Of a stretch of 64,000 nt of DNA, positions 1 to 17,138 are shown piece after piece; the stretch's first letter is position 1, and each line of letters opens with the position of its first letter. The notes under the pieces were generated by a model. The model searched no databases and had not been told where the DNA came from. It saw only the letters and a list, made by a program, of their open reading frames with translations. The stretch spans positions 7,006,001 to 7,070,000 of the forward strand of contig CM022667.1 of NCBI GenBank assembly GCA_012295275.1. Reading direction: 5' to 3'. Source of the stretch: Chrysomallon squamiferum. Its lineage: Eukaryota > Animalia > Mollusca. The translations under genes were made by a program, and so were the position numbers.

Positions 1-560
1 GGAAAACATTGAACCTCTGCCAGGAAGTAGGACGCAACATGCAGGTACAAACTCACAACAATCGACTCTATATTTCTGGTGGTTTCCAGGAGGATGAAGA
101 TGTCCTTGATGACGTCTGGTGCTTCAACTCGAGTAGTAACCAATGGGAACGAGGCTCTTCTCTGCTCGTAGCACGAGCTGACCATGCCATGTTTGCACAT
201 GATAGGAAGATTTTCGTTATTGGAGGCTGGTACTGTGACCCCAACACACGACAGAGGGTCCTGGCATCGTCCATAGACTGCTACGACATCGATAGTATGG
301 TGTGGCAAACGGTTGCATCTCTGAACGAGTGTCGACTGTATGCAACCTACACACTGCTGAACAGCGAAGTGTACGTTATTGGCGGCTGGCGTAACGGGAA
401 ATACAGACAGAAATGCAGAAGTGTAGACAAGTTTGATGTTAATACTCTGAGGTGGAGCAAACAGTGTGACGATGACTTGGAACTGTGGGAACACAACACA
501 AGTTGTTTGTACATTCCCAAATCTCTGAAATATAATTCACTGTACACGTATGAATCTTGA
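1..560 (+). pseudogene. 3' end (Kelch repeats) of a second, inverted copy of the KLHL26-like gene; +1 A frameshift at ~49-51; continues off the window
   Basis: Reverse complement of 17139-17697. The translation THNNRLYISGG...LYTYES* is identical after the indel. GGTACAAACTCAC here versus GGTACAACTCAC in the intact copy. Could be a paralog, an allele (haplotig) or a consensus error. Confidence 0.75.
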
Positions 561-1210
561 TTTATATTTAACTGAAGAAAAAAGCTTGTTTAAGATTCAA
601 CTATACATCTCTTAAACATGACTTATAATAAACTATACACGCCTTTGCTTTGCTCAGTCTCAGTGTGTCTCGTTCCCGCAGTCGGTCAATCGTCACTTTA
701 GTATAGGTCCAAAACAAGATAGCGTGTCTACTCATTTGTATTTTATTTTATTCAGAATAAATAAAAACGAGTATGTGTATTTGCAGTATCAGCTTAGTAA
801 TATTCGGCAGAACGAATTTCCTCCGTTCTGTTATTGCAGAATAGAATGCAGAAAGGTACAAACACTGAAAAACATACAAAATATATATTTGGCAACGTCA
901 AGGCAAATCAGATAGTGTGCTCATTTTGTCCAAATTTGATTAACTGAATCTTGGAAGCCATATGAAAATGTCCCAAAGAATCATCATTACAAACTGTTAA
1001 AATTTAATTTTTTAAAATGTAATTTATTGAAAACTATTCAATTCTTTTATTGACTACAATAAAGAAAAAAAAAATCAAAATCTTACAGGGACATATAATT
1101 GAAACACAGCAAGGATAATTCTAAATCAGAAAGTTTCCATTTGTTAAAACCTGCCATTTTTTAATATTATTTTTCATACGTGTGTATATATGTGTTTTAT
1201 GTATGTGTAT

Positions 1211-1395
1211 CACAGTGTGTGTGTTAATGAATTTCATAAATATTATTTTCATGTGTACACAGTGTGTGTGTTAATGAATTTCATAAATATTATTGTCATG
1301 TGTACACAGTGTGTGTGTTAATGAATTTCATAAGTATTATTTTCATGTGTATCACAGTGTGTTTGTTAATGAATTTCATAAATATTATTTTCATT
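1211..1395. repeat. ~47-bp tandem repeat (~4 copies; one copy in the partner arm near 16080-16120)
   Basis: Unit CACAGTGTGTGTGTTAATGAATTTCATAAATATTATTTTCATGTGTA. Confidence 0.85.
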
Positions 1396-1496
1396 GTGAG
1401 TATTTTGTTTGATTTATCGTCATAGCTTCAATTAAAAATAATCATCTTAGAAAAAAGGGAAATGGAATATCTGCTGTGAAAACATCATTTTCCTCT

Positions 1497-3404
<1,908 letters not shown>

Positions 3405-3797
3405 CTTCTCTGTAGAAAAAAACCCGATGTTTTAATAGCCAAAAGAAAAAGGAAAATATTGATCTTTTAACGCTCTGTTCAAAACTGAAATAGACAATTT
3501 CATCTGTATGACGTCATACGTACATTCCTACACTACACTTAAATTCTACCACTATAACTAAAATGAAGCAAACAGAAGGAAAAAATAAATTAATAATAAT
3601 AATAATAATCAGAAGAATAATAAAGTAAATTAATAAAATCATCAAAAAAAATATAATTAAAATGTTCTTAAAGTAATAGGAGACTTCTTTAATGAAAACA
3701 GTTTAGTGTAATCAATGAAAATTGAGATGCTGGAAATAATTTAACAAGATATGAACACAGTGATAAATGACTCAATTAGAAATTTGTATACAGGCAT

Positions 3798-4430
3798 ATT
3801 ATAACTGAACTGATCAGAAACATGTAAACAGTTACCACATTGTAACTGATCTGATCAGAAACATGTAAACAGTTAAGATACTGTAACTGAACTGATGAGA
3901 AACATGTAAACAGTTAACATATTATAACTGAACTGATCAGAAACATGTAAACAGTTAACACATTGTAACTGATCTGATCAGAAACATGTAAACAGTTAAG
4001 ATATTGTAACTGAACTGATCAGAAACATGTAAACATGTAAACAGTTAACATATTTAACATCATTTAACACATTGTAACTGATCTGATCAGAAACATGTAA
4101 ACAGTTAACATATTATAACTGAACTGATCAGAAACATGTAAACAGTTAACATATTGTAACTGATCAGAAACCTGTAACAGTTAACACATTGTAACTGATC
4201 TGATCAGAAACATGTAAACAGTTAAGATATTGTAACTGAACTGATCAGAAACATGTAAACAGTTAACACATTGTAACTGATCTGATCAGAAACATGTAAA
4301 CAGTTAACATATTATAACTGAACTGATCAGAAACATGTAAACAGTTAACATATTGTAACTGATCAGAAACCTGTAACAGTTAACATATAACTCAACGGAT
4401 CAGAAACATGTAAACATGTAACTGAACTAA
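3798..4430. repeat. 41-bp minisatellite upstream of Ig gene copy A
   Basis: Unit TAACTGATCTGATCAGAAACATGTAAACAGTTAACACATTG; shorter inverted partner at 13255-13620. Confidence 0.9.
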
Positions 4431-5254
4431 AGAAAAAATGATCAGAAAATCATTTCCTTTTTTGTTTATTGTTATTGCTGATGTTGTTGTTGTTGTTTTT
4501 GTTCTTGTTGCTTTGATAATGTCATTGTCGTAATAGTTGTTATTTTAAGACAAGAAAGAACAGTTTAAAAACTTAATACAAATTCTTCGAAGACGCAGAT
4601 GTCTTAGTCAGTCAATGGTCAACAATTAGTGGTAGAGGTAGTAGCAGTTGTAATAGCAATAGTAGTAGTAGAGTAGCAGTTGTGGTTTTCAAAGTGGTAC
4701 TAGTATTAGTGGTGATTGTAATAGTGGTTGTCTTAGTAGCAGCAATAATATTAGTAGTAGTGGTTGTGGTCATGTTGCTAGTAAAAACAGTGGTAGTAGC
4801 AGTAGTAGTGATTGTAATGGTGGTTATAGTAGTAGTAGTAGACACATTTACTTGTTTATTAATGTGGATTGGAAGTTTTTCAAGTTGTGTTTTACATCAG
4901 ATTATGTCAATGTCTTTGCGGGTCAGAGCCCCATTGACAGTATAAATGATTGAAAACGGCACTATCCTAAAGTAAAATGACAAATAAATAAATACATAAT
5001 AGCTTAAGCACAACTTACCACTAGCTTTTCATTGCAAGTGAATTATGCCCTTGAAATTTAGTTGCTAACTGATTAATGTTTGATGCTATATAATCTAAAC
5101 CCAGTATCCCTTCTTGAAAACTTGTCAGTTCTGTTTCTCTTTATATTAGATTTTGTTAGAGAACTAAATCTACTTTATGTAACATATGATGCAAGAAAAC
5201 ATGAAATACACTATCCTTTTCAGAATGTACCTGTAAGTAAAAGCCTTTTGAATC

Positions 5255-5315
<61 letters not shown>

Positions 5316-5448
5316 TTAATTTCATTAATTCACATTTCCCTCATCCTTTTAAAATGTGTTTTCTGCTTCTTAATTACACTTTGATTCAGTCATTTCTTCT
5401 TGAATTTGTTCGTCAGCAAATCGACACGACACATCTGTGAGCATACTT

Positions 5449-5648
5449 CAGTACAAAACACGTCTGTAAATGTTGCATTAACATTCTGTTTTATTCAGTA
5501 CAAAACACGTCTTCTGTTTTATTCAGTAAATGTTGCATTAACATTCTGTTTTATTCAGTACAAAACACGTCTGTAAATGTTGCATTAACATTCTGTTTTA
5601 TTCAGTACAAAACACGTCTGTAAATGTTGCATTAACATTCTGTTTTAC
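5449..5648. repeat. 47-bp tandem repeat (~4 copies; single copy in the partner arm near 12197-12243)
   Basis: Unit CAGTACAAAACACGTCTGTAAATGTTGCATTAACATTCTGTTTTATT. Confidence 0.85.
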
Positions 5649-7314
5649 TGAGGTCAAATGAGAACAGCACTAAGCATCTTCAGTTGATATCTTTGGCTAG
5701 TTCTGAGATGTTGTGAAGCTCTTTCTTTTGCAGGTTTATTTGAAAAATACCTAATTTTTCTTTCAAAAATCCTACTTGAAACAACTATTATTGCTAAAAA
5801 GACCTTTCTAATATCACATGTCCGCTATTTTCATGAAAATTATGGATGCCAGTAAGAAATGTCATTTACAAAGGTTTTATAAACTGATTTTACGAATAAA
5901 AGTAACATACTTATCCTGCAGGGGTATTTAGAAAATTTAAACATGCTCACATCAAGAGAATTTCTCGACTGAAGAAAACTTTTCAGTTTGATCCTCAGCA
6001 TCACTTGTCATTTCGCCACTAACAGGTAAACACTGAAAACGGTGGAAGGGTTGATGATTATTATTTAAAAAGTTAAACACAAATCACTTTACACTAACAG
6101 ATAAGCTGCAGAGCCCCTGTAGAGAACATTTGCTTTGGATGCAGCACTAACACAGGCTGATGTTCACGCAGTGGTTCATTTTGTCCCCTATCTGAGGTTT
6201 TTAATTTTAATTGTTGTTTATGCTGAGGAATACTATTTGTAAAAATGTTACTATCACATGATCTACCTTTAGCTCACAAAAATGTCACGTCCATTTCCCA
6301 GATAATTATTTTCTGGCCTTTAGCAAATTGCCAAAACCATTTCGAAGCAAACTCAATCACAACAAAGTGTGTTTTGCAGTTCTTAGGCTTTTGCCTTGAC
6401 TCAGTTGCATCAAATACATGTAGGATTATTAGTAATAAAAATTAATGCAATTTATTTTCGCACTTTAAAACGGTTTTATTCTTGGTATGGACATGACTAT
6501 AATGATATGTAAGACAGATCTGCAGGAAATGAAAAATAAAACTAACGCTAAGGGACCGTTCAAACGTTGTCCAAATTAAACAGCCACCCAACCCTTGTAA
6601 CGCTAGACTATACAAAATATAAGGTGAGGCTCGAAGATGTCACCTCCAACACACAGACGTGCGGGTTTTCACGTGATCTCCATTTAAATACAATGTGAAA
6701 AATTAAAACTGGTGTATGAAAGCATTTCACCTGGATATATAATTGTGATGGGTTTACATTTACCTGTAAAAACCTACATTAAGGTATTTTTCAGAAAATA
6801 ACTCTCAACCTTTTTTTTTCTTTTCGGAGGGGGCGGTTTATAATAAGTCTTGTTTATTTCTGTCTTAAATTGCAAAACCAAACAAACAAGTGTAATCGTA
6901 AATAGTAGATACTTAATGAGTTAAATATCTATATTACAAGTTTCTTAAGAATATAGCTATTATAAACAAGAACAAGTCTATTAACGAACAATTCATCCAC
7001 AAAAGTCGCAAAAACAAAAAAAACAAAAAAATCAACAAAAAAACAAGAACAAAAAACGGATACACATTTGACCACTGGACCGCTGGCTAGGCTATAACAG
7101 CGCTTCATTATATTGGTGTTGGGTCGGGGTTAAATATTAGTGAGAAAAACGAGTTTTTCCTACATTTTGTTTATGGCAAGGACATTCTTTTCCATAGCCA
7201 TGGTAACGAAACCTGATTTTTCTAAACATGTAAGATCCAGCAAAACGTGTGGAATTTCCAAAACATTCCAAGAATTTCCAAAACGCATACGAACCCTGAT
7301 TATTACTATTATAG

Positions 7315-7363
<49 letters not shown>

Positions 7364-7389
7364 CACGTTAATACAACACACACACACAC

Positions 7390-7465
<76 letters not shown>

Positions 7466-7484
7466 GTTATTGGTAGTTACTCAC

Positions 7485-7551
7485 GTTAATACAATACATC
7501 CCATCATCATCCAGGTTGCTGCGTGTTTACAGTAGACAGCAGGTGTACATG
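7485..7551 (-). pseudogene. Isolated exon paralogous to exon 3 of the Ig gene
   Basis: CTCAG|CATGTACACC...GGATGTATTGTATTAAC|GTGAGTA; 67 nt, phase 1 to 2 like the 64-nt Ig exon 3. CTPAVYCKHAATWMMMGCIVL versus GTYVASSKLPATRIIIGCII. The downstream intron start plus (TC)n tract is also similar. Confidence 0.6.
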
Positions 7552-7979
7552 CTGAGATAAAGAATATAGAATACAAAATATGTACATAACTGTACTGTTT
7601 ATCTCACTGATGTACTGTTTTAGAATCAAAGTTATAATAAAAATTTCTTAGTTTTAAGCAAGTATGAATTAAATAGCAATTAATCAGTTACGGTTGTCCT
7701 GTTTACTGGTGTCACGGTGAAAAAAATAAAAATATAAAATAAAATAAAATAAATAAAAATATAATAAAATAAAATAAATAATTAAATCAATAAATTAATA
7801 ATTAAATAAATAATATTAATTTCAAAAATTAAGTTTAAAACATTGAAAATATCAAAACAAATAAATATCAAACTGTCATTATTTATTTATCTATTTTATT
7901 TTGTTTTATTGTAGGTATTTGTTTTAAATTAATATTACTTTCTTATCTTTAGCATCGGTTATTAATAAAAAGGAATTTA

Positions 7980-8190
7980 CTCATCCAGCTTTACAGGAGC
8001 AGTTAGCCTGTGATAGCTGTTTCGTGCTTTCCTCGGGCCGACCTCTCAGGAAGATACGAAACCGACACATCATCTGGAATACTTTTTTCGATCAGCTACG
8101 CCATTTTGAATGTTAGCTTGTGGGACGTACTTATAGTACGAAAGGGGGCGTGGCTTACTGAGTAATTGTGGAAACATGAGTGACGTATCT
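7980..8190 (-). promoter_or_regulatory. Possible promoter and first exon (CpG-richer island)
   Basis: GC box GGGGCGTGGC at ~8145, CRE-like TGACGTA at ~8181, YY1-like AAAATGGCG on the minus strand at ~8099-8107, and a donor-like GA|GTAAAT at ~7980. Motif matches only. Confidence 0.3.
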
Positions 8191-8259
8191 ATGAGTGAAA
8201 TCCAACAGAATTTCGCAGTTGTATTTATAAAGTCAAAAGACAACAGATGCCGAAATGAT

Positions 8260-8338
<79 letters not shown>

Positions 8339-8877
8339 TATAACAGTCAGAACATGATAAAACAATTAGGAGTTACAGTATACAAATAGTAACTAGAAAA
8401 AAAGAAAAACTCGCAATATATTCTGAATTTAATGTTTTAATCATGTATATACATTGCATCCTGCCTCTAACATCGTTATGTGTATACAACCCGAGATTGT
8501 TGCTTTTCTCTGTCAAAACTGATACCACGAGGATACATTATTAATAATTACTGTGGCATTATGTGTTATATTTGATTATAAATTCCCTCTCAACTTTCTT
8601 TTTCCTTTTTTTTTCTTTTTAAAAACCCATCCATGACGTCATATTTGGAATCCATCCCCTGCTTTTACGCAGCTGAATTTCTACGCAGCGATTCAGTTAG
8701 CCACGTGAAAAATTACGCAGTAAATCATCTCTACACAAATTTGATTCTGAGTCGGATAAGCTAAAATAAGATCAAATATTCTACAATTTTAAATTTTTTG
8801 TTTTGTTTTCTTTTTTAATGTTTTTCAATCAGAACACATTATCAAAAAATTACATTACAAAAATTGCCTACACCAAT

Positions 8878-9740
8878 GTCATTACACCAGTCACGATGTA
8901 CAGTCATTACACCAGTTATATTGTACAGTCATTACACCAGTCATCATGTACAGTCATTACACAAGTCACCCTGTACAGTCATTACACTAGTCAGGCTGTA
9001 CAGTCATTACACCAGTCACACTGTATAGTCATTACACCAGTCACACTGTACAGTCATTACACCAGTCATCACTGTACAGTCATTACACCAGTCACGCTGT
9101 ACAGTCATTAGACCAGTCAGGCTGTACAGTCATTACACAAGTCACACTGTACAGTCATTACACTAGTCACACTGTACAGTCATTAGACCAGTCACACTGT
9201 ACAGTCATTAGACCAGTCACACTGTACAGTCATTACACCAGTCACACTGTACAGTCATTACACAAGTCAGGCTGTACAGTCATTACACTAGTCACACTGT
9301 ACAGTCATTACACCAGTCACACTGTACAGTCATTAGACCAGTCACACTGTACAGTCATTACACCAGTCACACTGTACAGTCATTACACCAGTCACACTGT
9401 ACAGTCATTACACTAGTCAGGCTGTACAGTCATTACACCAGTCAGGCTGTACAGTCATTACACAAGTCAGGCTGTACAGTCATTACACAAGTCACGCTGT
9501 ACAGTCATTACACCAGTCAGGCTGTGCAGTCATTACACAAGTCAGGCTGTACAGTCATTACACTAGTCACGCTGTACAGTCATTACACAAGTCAGGCTGT
9601 ACAGTCATTACACTAGTCACGCTGTACAGTGATTACACCAGTCACGCTGTACAGTCATTACACCAGTGATACTGTACAGTCATTATACAAGTCACACTGT
9701 GCAGTCATTACACCAGTGATACTGTACATTCATTTCACCA
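8878..9740. repeat. 25-bp minisatellite, inverted counterpart of 22020-24375
   Basis: Unit CACTGTACAGTCATTACACCAGTCA. Confidence 0.95.
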
Positions 9741-10093
9741 GTAACACCATACACAATACCATTCCTCCTTGTATATATTATATATGTAGTGACTATTTAT
9801 TTCAGATATACGATTGAAATGAACATGCTGAATGTTTACGGCTCAGTTTTATAAGTTCGATGAGTGTACTCGGTATTAACAGTTGAACCTTATCAGTAGA
9901 ATGAATACAGTTAATATATACAGATGAGTTTTTTGAGTAAAGTTAACATACTGACCAGTTACAGTTCAGTTTTATGAATACATAGAACATACTGATACTT
10001 ACAGATGAGTTTTATGAGTGAAATAAACGTTCTGAGTATTCGAGGTAAAATTTAAATTACACTAAATGTACTGAAGTTGACAGCTGTTGTCTT
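9720..10093 (+). repeat. Inverted copy of unique KLHL intron 1 sequence (21650-22025), cut by the gap
   Basis: For example GGCTCAGTTTTATAAGTTCGATGAGTGTACTCGG matches the reverse complement of 21870-21903. Confidence 0.9.
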
Positions 10094-10293
10094 NNNNNNN
10101 NNNNNNNNNNNNNNNNNNNNNNNNNNNNNNNNNNNNNNNNNNNNNNNNNNNNNNNNNNNNNNNNNNNNNNNNNNNNNNNNNNNNNNNNNNNNNNNNNNNN
10201 NNNNNNNNNNNNNNNNNNNNNNNNNNNNNNNNNNNNNNNNNNNNNNNNNNNNNNNNNNNNNNNNNNNNNNNNNNNNNNNNNNNNNNNNNNNNN
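10094..10293. other. Assembly gap (200 N)
   Basis: Run of exactly 200 N, typical of a fixed-size scaffolding gap. Confidence 0.99.
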
Positions 10294-10524
10294 TCTAAAT
10301 AATAATAAATACTAATAAAATTAAGAGAATTTGTTCGACTGATCGAATCTAAGAAATAAACTGAACCAGAACAAACAAACATTCCACTTTCTTTTTTACT
10401 TCAATATTCAGCGAACTAATCTATTTTCATATATATATAAAATGAGAGTTTTCTTCCTGTCACTTTTTAATAAAAAAAATGTTCTCCTGTAATAAATTGT
10501 GACCTTTTTCCTGTAATTTTTTTA

Positions 10525-11200
10525 TCCTATATCTGTGTCTGTTTTAGCTGTATATTGTTTACCGTATATCTATGTCTGTTTTAGCTGTGTATTGCTTATC
10601 CAATATCTATGTCTGTTTTAGTGGTGTATTTTTTTATCCTATATCTACATCTTTTAGTTGTGTATTGTGTATCCTATATCTGTGTCTGTTTTAACTGCGT
10701 ATTTCTTATCCTATATCTAAGTCTGTTTTAGTTGTTTATTGTTAGTCCTATATCTAAGTCTGTTTTAGCTGTGTATTGTGTATCCTATATCTACGTCTGT
10801 TTTAGTTGTTTATTGTTAGTCCTATATCTAAGTCTGTTTTAGCTGTATATTGTGTATCCTATATCTAAGTCTGTTTTAGCTGTATATTGTGTATCCTATA
10901 TCTACGTCTGTTTTAGTTGTTTATTGTTAGTCCTATATCTAAGTCTGTTTTAGCTGTGTATTGTGTGTCCTATATCTACGTCTGTTTTAGTTGTTTATTG
11001 TTAGTCCTATATCTAAGTCTGTTTTAGCTGTGTATTGTGTGTCCTATACCTACGTCTGTTTTAGTTGTCTATTGTTAGTCCTATATCTAAGTCTGTTTTA
11101 GCTGTATATTGTGTATCCTATATCTACGTCTGTTTTAGTTGTTTATTGTTAGTCCTATATCTAAGTCTGTTTTAGTTGTGTATTGTGTATCCTATATCTA
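10525..11200. repeat. 37-bp minisatellite with two largely alternating variants
   Basis: TCCTATATCTAAGTCTGTTTTAGCTGTGTATTGTGTA and TCCTATATCTACGTCTGTTTTAGTTGTTTATTGTTAG. Confidence 0.9.
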
Positions 11201-12375
11201 GCTGACTTTCCAATCTGGAAGCTAGTGCACAAATATTACTGACACTCTTTTTGTTTTGTTTTGAATGAATATTTAATGTGTCTTAATAATAATAACAAGA
11301 ACAACAATAAAACAGTAATAATAATAATAATGACCTATAAATAAACAAATGAACTTAGTACATTTTAATGGCGGACTATCAGTAGACGATTTTCTGCTGC
11401 AGCTGAAAAAGAAAACATGTTCTGATCCCCTTCCCTTCATCAAGTACTGTACTGATATATTTTCATATAAATGTAACATAGCAAGAGAGTAACAGCCAAC
11501 GATGCCTTCAATGCTAAAATGCTAAAGGCCAGGAAATAATTATCTGGGAAATGGACGTGACATTTTTGTGAGCTAAAGGTAGATCATGTGATAGTAACAT
11601 TTTTACAAATAGTATTCCTCAGCATAAACAACAATTAAAATTAAAAACCTCAGATAGGGGACAAAATGAACCACTACGTGAACATCAGCCTGTGTTAGTG
11701 CTGCATCCAAAGCAAATGTTCTCTACAGGGGCTCTGCAGCTTATCTGTTAGTGTAAAATGATTTGTGTTTAACTTTTTAAATAATAATTATCAACCCTTC
11801 CACCGTTTTCAGTGTTTACCTGTTAGTGGCGAAATGACAAGTGATGCTGAGGATCAAACTGAAAAGTTTTCTTCAGTCGAGAAATTCTCTTGATGTGAGC
11901 ATGTTTAAATTTTCTAAATACCCCTGCAGGATAAGTATGTTACTTTTATTCGTAAAATCAGTTTATAAACCCTTTGTAAATGACATTTCTTACTGGCATC
12001 CATAATTTTCATCAAAATAGCGGACATGTGATATTAGAAAGGTCTTTTTAGCAATAATAGTTGTTTCAAGTAGGATTTTTGAAAGAAAAATTTGGTATTT
12101 TTCAAATAAACCTGCAAAAGAAAGAGCTTCACAACATCTCAGAACTAGCCAAAGATATCAACTGAAGATGCTTAGTGCTGTTCTCATTTGACCTCAGTAA
12201 AACAGAATGTTAATGCAACATTTACAGACGTGTTTTGTACTGAAGTATGCTCACAGATGTGTCGTGTCGATTTGCTGACGATGAAATTCAAGAAGAAATG
12301 ACTGAATCAAAGTGTAATTAAGAAGCAGAAAACACATTTTAAAAGGATGGGGGAAATGTGATTTAATGAAATTAA

Positions 12376-12442
<67 letters not shown>

Positions 12443-13254
12443 GATTCAAAAGGCTTTTACTTACAGGTACATTCTGAAAAGGATAGTGTATTTCATGTTT
12501 TCTTGCATCATATGTTACATAAAGTAGATTTAGTTCTCTAACAAAATCTAATATAAAGAGAAACAGAACTGACAAGTTTTCAAGAAGGGATACTGGGTTT
12601 AGATTATATAGCATCAAACATTAAGCAGTTAGCAACTAAATTTCAAGGGCATAATTCACTTGCAATGAAAAGCTAGTGGTAAGTTAAGTGCTTAAGCTAT
12701 TATGTATTTATTTATTTGTCATTTTACTTTAGGATAGTGCCGTGTTCAGTCATTTATACTGTCAATGGGGCTCTGACCCGCAAGACATTGACATAATCTG
12801 ATGTAAAACACAACTTGAAAAACTTCCAATCCACATTAATAAACAAGTAAATCTGTCTACTACTATAACCACCATTACAATCACTACTACTGCTACTACC
12901 ACTGTTTTTACTAGCAACATGACCACAACCACTACTACTAATATTATTGCTGCTACTAAGACAACCACTATTACAATCACCACTAATACTAGTACCACTT
13001 TGAAAACCACAACTGCTACTCTACTACTACTATTACTATTACAGCTGCTACTACCTCTACCACTAATTGTTGACCATTGACTGACTAAGACAGCTGGGTC
13101 TTCGAAGAATTTGTATTAAGTTTTTAAACTGTTCTTTCTTGTCTTAAAATAACAACTATTACGACAATGACATTATCAAAGCAACAGGAACAAAAACAAC
13201 AACAACAACAACAGTAGTAACAATAAAGAAAAAAAGGAAATGATTTTCTGATTA

Positions 13255-13620
13255 GTTCAGCCAAAATATGTTAACTGTTTACGTTTTTCATTAGTTCAGG
13301 TATATGTTAATTGTTTACATGTTTCTGATCACTTCTGTTATATGTTAACCATTACAGGTTTCTGATCAGTTACAATAAGTTAACTGTTTACTTGTTTCTG
13401 GTCAGATCAGTTATAATATGTTAAATGTTTACATGTTTCTGATCAGTTACAATAAGTTAACTGTTTACTTGTTTCTGGTCAGTTCAGTTATAATATGTTA
13501 ACTGTTTACATGTTTCTGATCAGATCAGTTACAATGTGGTAACTGTTTACATGTTTCTGATCAGATCAGTTACAATGTGGTAACTGTTTACATGTTTCTG
13601 ATCAGTTCAGTTATAATATG
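13255..13620. repeat. 41-bp minisatellite upstream of Ig gene copy B
   Basis: Reverse complement of the 3798-4430 unit; fewer and more degenerate copies. Confidence 0.85.
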
Positions 13621-13896
13621 CCTGTATACAAATTTCTAATTGAGTCATTTATCACTGTGTTCATATCTTGTTAAATTATTTCCAGCATCTCAATTTTCAT
13701 TGATTACACTAAACTGTTTTCATTAAAGAAGTCTCCTATTACTTTAAGAACATTTTAATTATATTTTTTATTGATGATTTTATTAATTTACTTTATTATT
13801 CTTCTGATTATTATTATTATTATTAATTTATTTTTTCCTTTTGTTTGCTTCATTTTAGTTATAGTGGTAGAATTTAAGTGTAGTGTAGTAATGTAC

Positions 13897-13988
13897 GTAT
13901 GACGTCATACAGATGAAATTGTCTATTTCAGTTTTGAACAGAGCGTTAAAAGATCAATATTTTCCTTTTTCTTTTGGCTATTAAAACA
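13897..13988 (+). promoter_or_regulatory. Putative Ig gene promoter: CRE palindrome and TATA-like element
   Basis: GTATGACGTCATAC (14-bp palindrome) at 13897-13910, TATTAAAA at ~13979, and a second TGACGTCA in intron 1 at 14308-14315. All retained in copy A. Confidence 0.35.
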
Positions 13989-14012
13989 TCGGGTTTTTTT
14001 TCTACAGAGAAG

Positions 14013-15978
<1,966 letters not shown>

Positions 15979-17138
15979 AAAAATGATGTTTTCACAGCAG
16001 GTATTCCATTTCCCTTTTTTCTAAGATGATTATTTTTAATTGAAGCTATGACGATAAATCAAACACAATACTCACAATGAAAATAATATTTATGAAATTC
16101 ATTAACACACACACTGTGATACACATACATAAAACACATATATACACACGTATGAAAAATAATATTAAAAAATGGCAGGTTTTAACAAATGGAAACTTTC
16201 TGATTTAGAATTATCCTTGCTGTGTTTTAATTATATGTTCCTGTAAGATTTTGATTTTTTTTTTCTTTATTGTAGTCAATAAAAGAATTGAATAGTTTTC
16301 AATAAATTACATTTTAAAAAATTAAATTTTAATAGTTTGTAATGATGATTCTTTGGGACATTTTCATATGGCTTCCAAGATTCAGTTAATCAAATTTGGA
16401 CAAAATGAGCACACTATCTGATTTGCCTTGACGTTGCCAAATATATAGTCACAATTTATTTATTGGTTTGTTTGATTAATCTGAGACATGAAACGAAGCT
16501 TGTTTTAGACTTGATTCTAAGTCATGTTTAACACCAGCACAAAGACTCTCCTCACGTAACGATCGAGATCCGTTCCTACTACTAAGTCGTCAAGCGATAA
16601 ACAAGAAATCAACCCTTATGGATATTTCAAGCTTACTGTACTGGTGATGAATTTGTATCAACCATCTTAGGTACTGTTTCAATGACAGTTTCTCATCGTT
16701 TATAAGATATTTTGTATGTTTTTCAGTGTTTGTACATTTCTGCATTCTATTCTGTAATAACAGAACGGAGGAAATTCGTTCTGCCGAATGTTATTAAGCT
16801 GATACTGCAAATACACAAAATCGTTTTTATTTATTCTGAATAAAGAGACGGTCTAAAGGAAACTTTGTTTTATTTTGCTTAATTGTTACATGTTACAGAA
16901 CATAAAGAGGAAATGAGGAAAATTATAACATCCTGTTCTGTGATGTATAAAATAAAATACAAATGAGTAGACACGCTATCTTGTTTTGGACCTCAACTAG
17001 AGTTCCGATTGACCGACTGCGGGAACGAGACACACTGAGACTGAGCAAAGCAAAGGCGTGTATAGTTTATTATAAGTCATGTTTAAGAGATGTATAGTTG
17101 AATCTTAAACAAGTTTTTTTTCTTCAGTTAAATATGAA

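Noticed and set aside
4612-4945. Thr-rich mucin-like ORF with Leu tail (mirrored at ~12850-13080)
   Set aside because: Degenerate (ACT)n; the Leu tail is the same repeat read in a shifted frame; no convincing splice link to the Ig gene
5224-5232. 9-nt microexon-like TTTTCAG|AATGTACCT|GTAAGT
   Set aside because: No host gene identified on that strand; can arise by chance
10062-10382. ORFs spanning the N run
   Set aside because: Artefacts of the assembly gap
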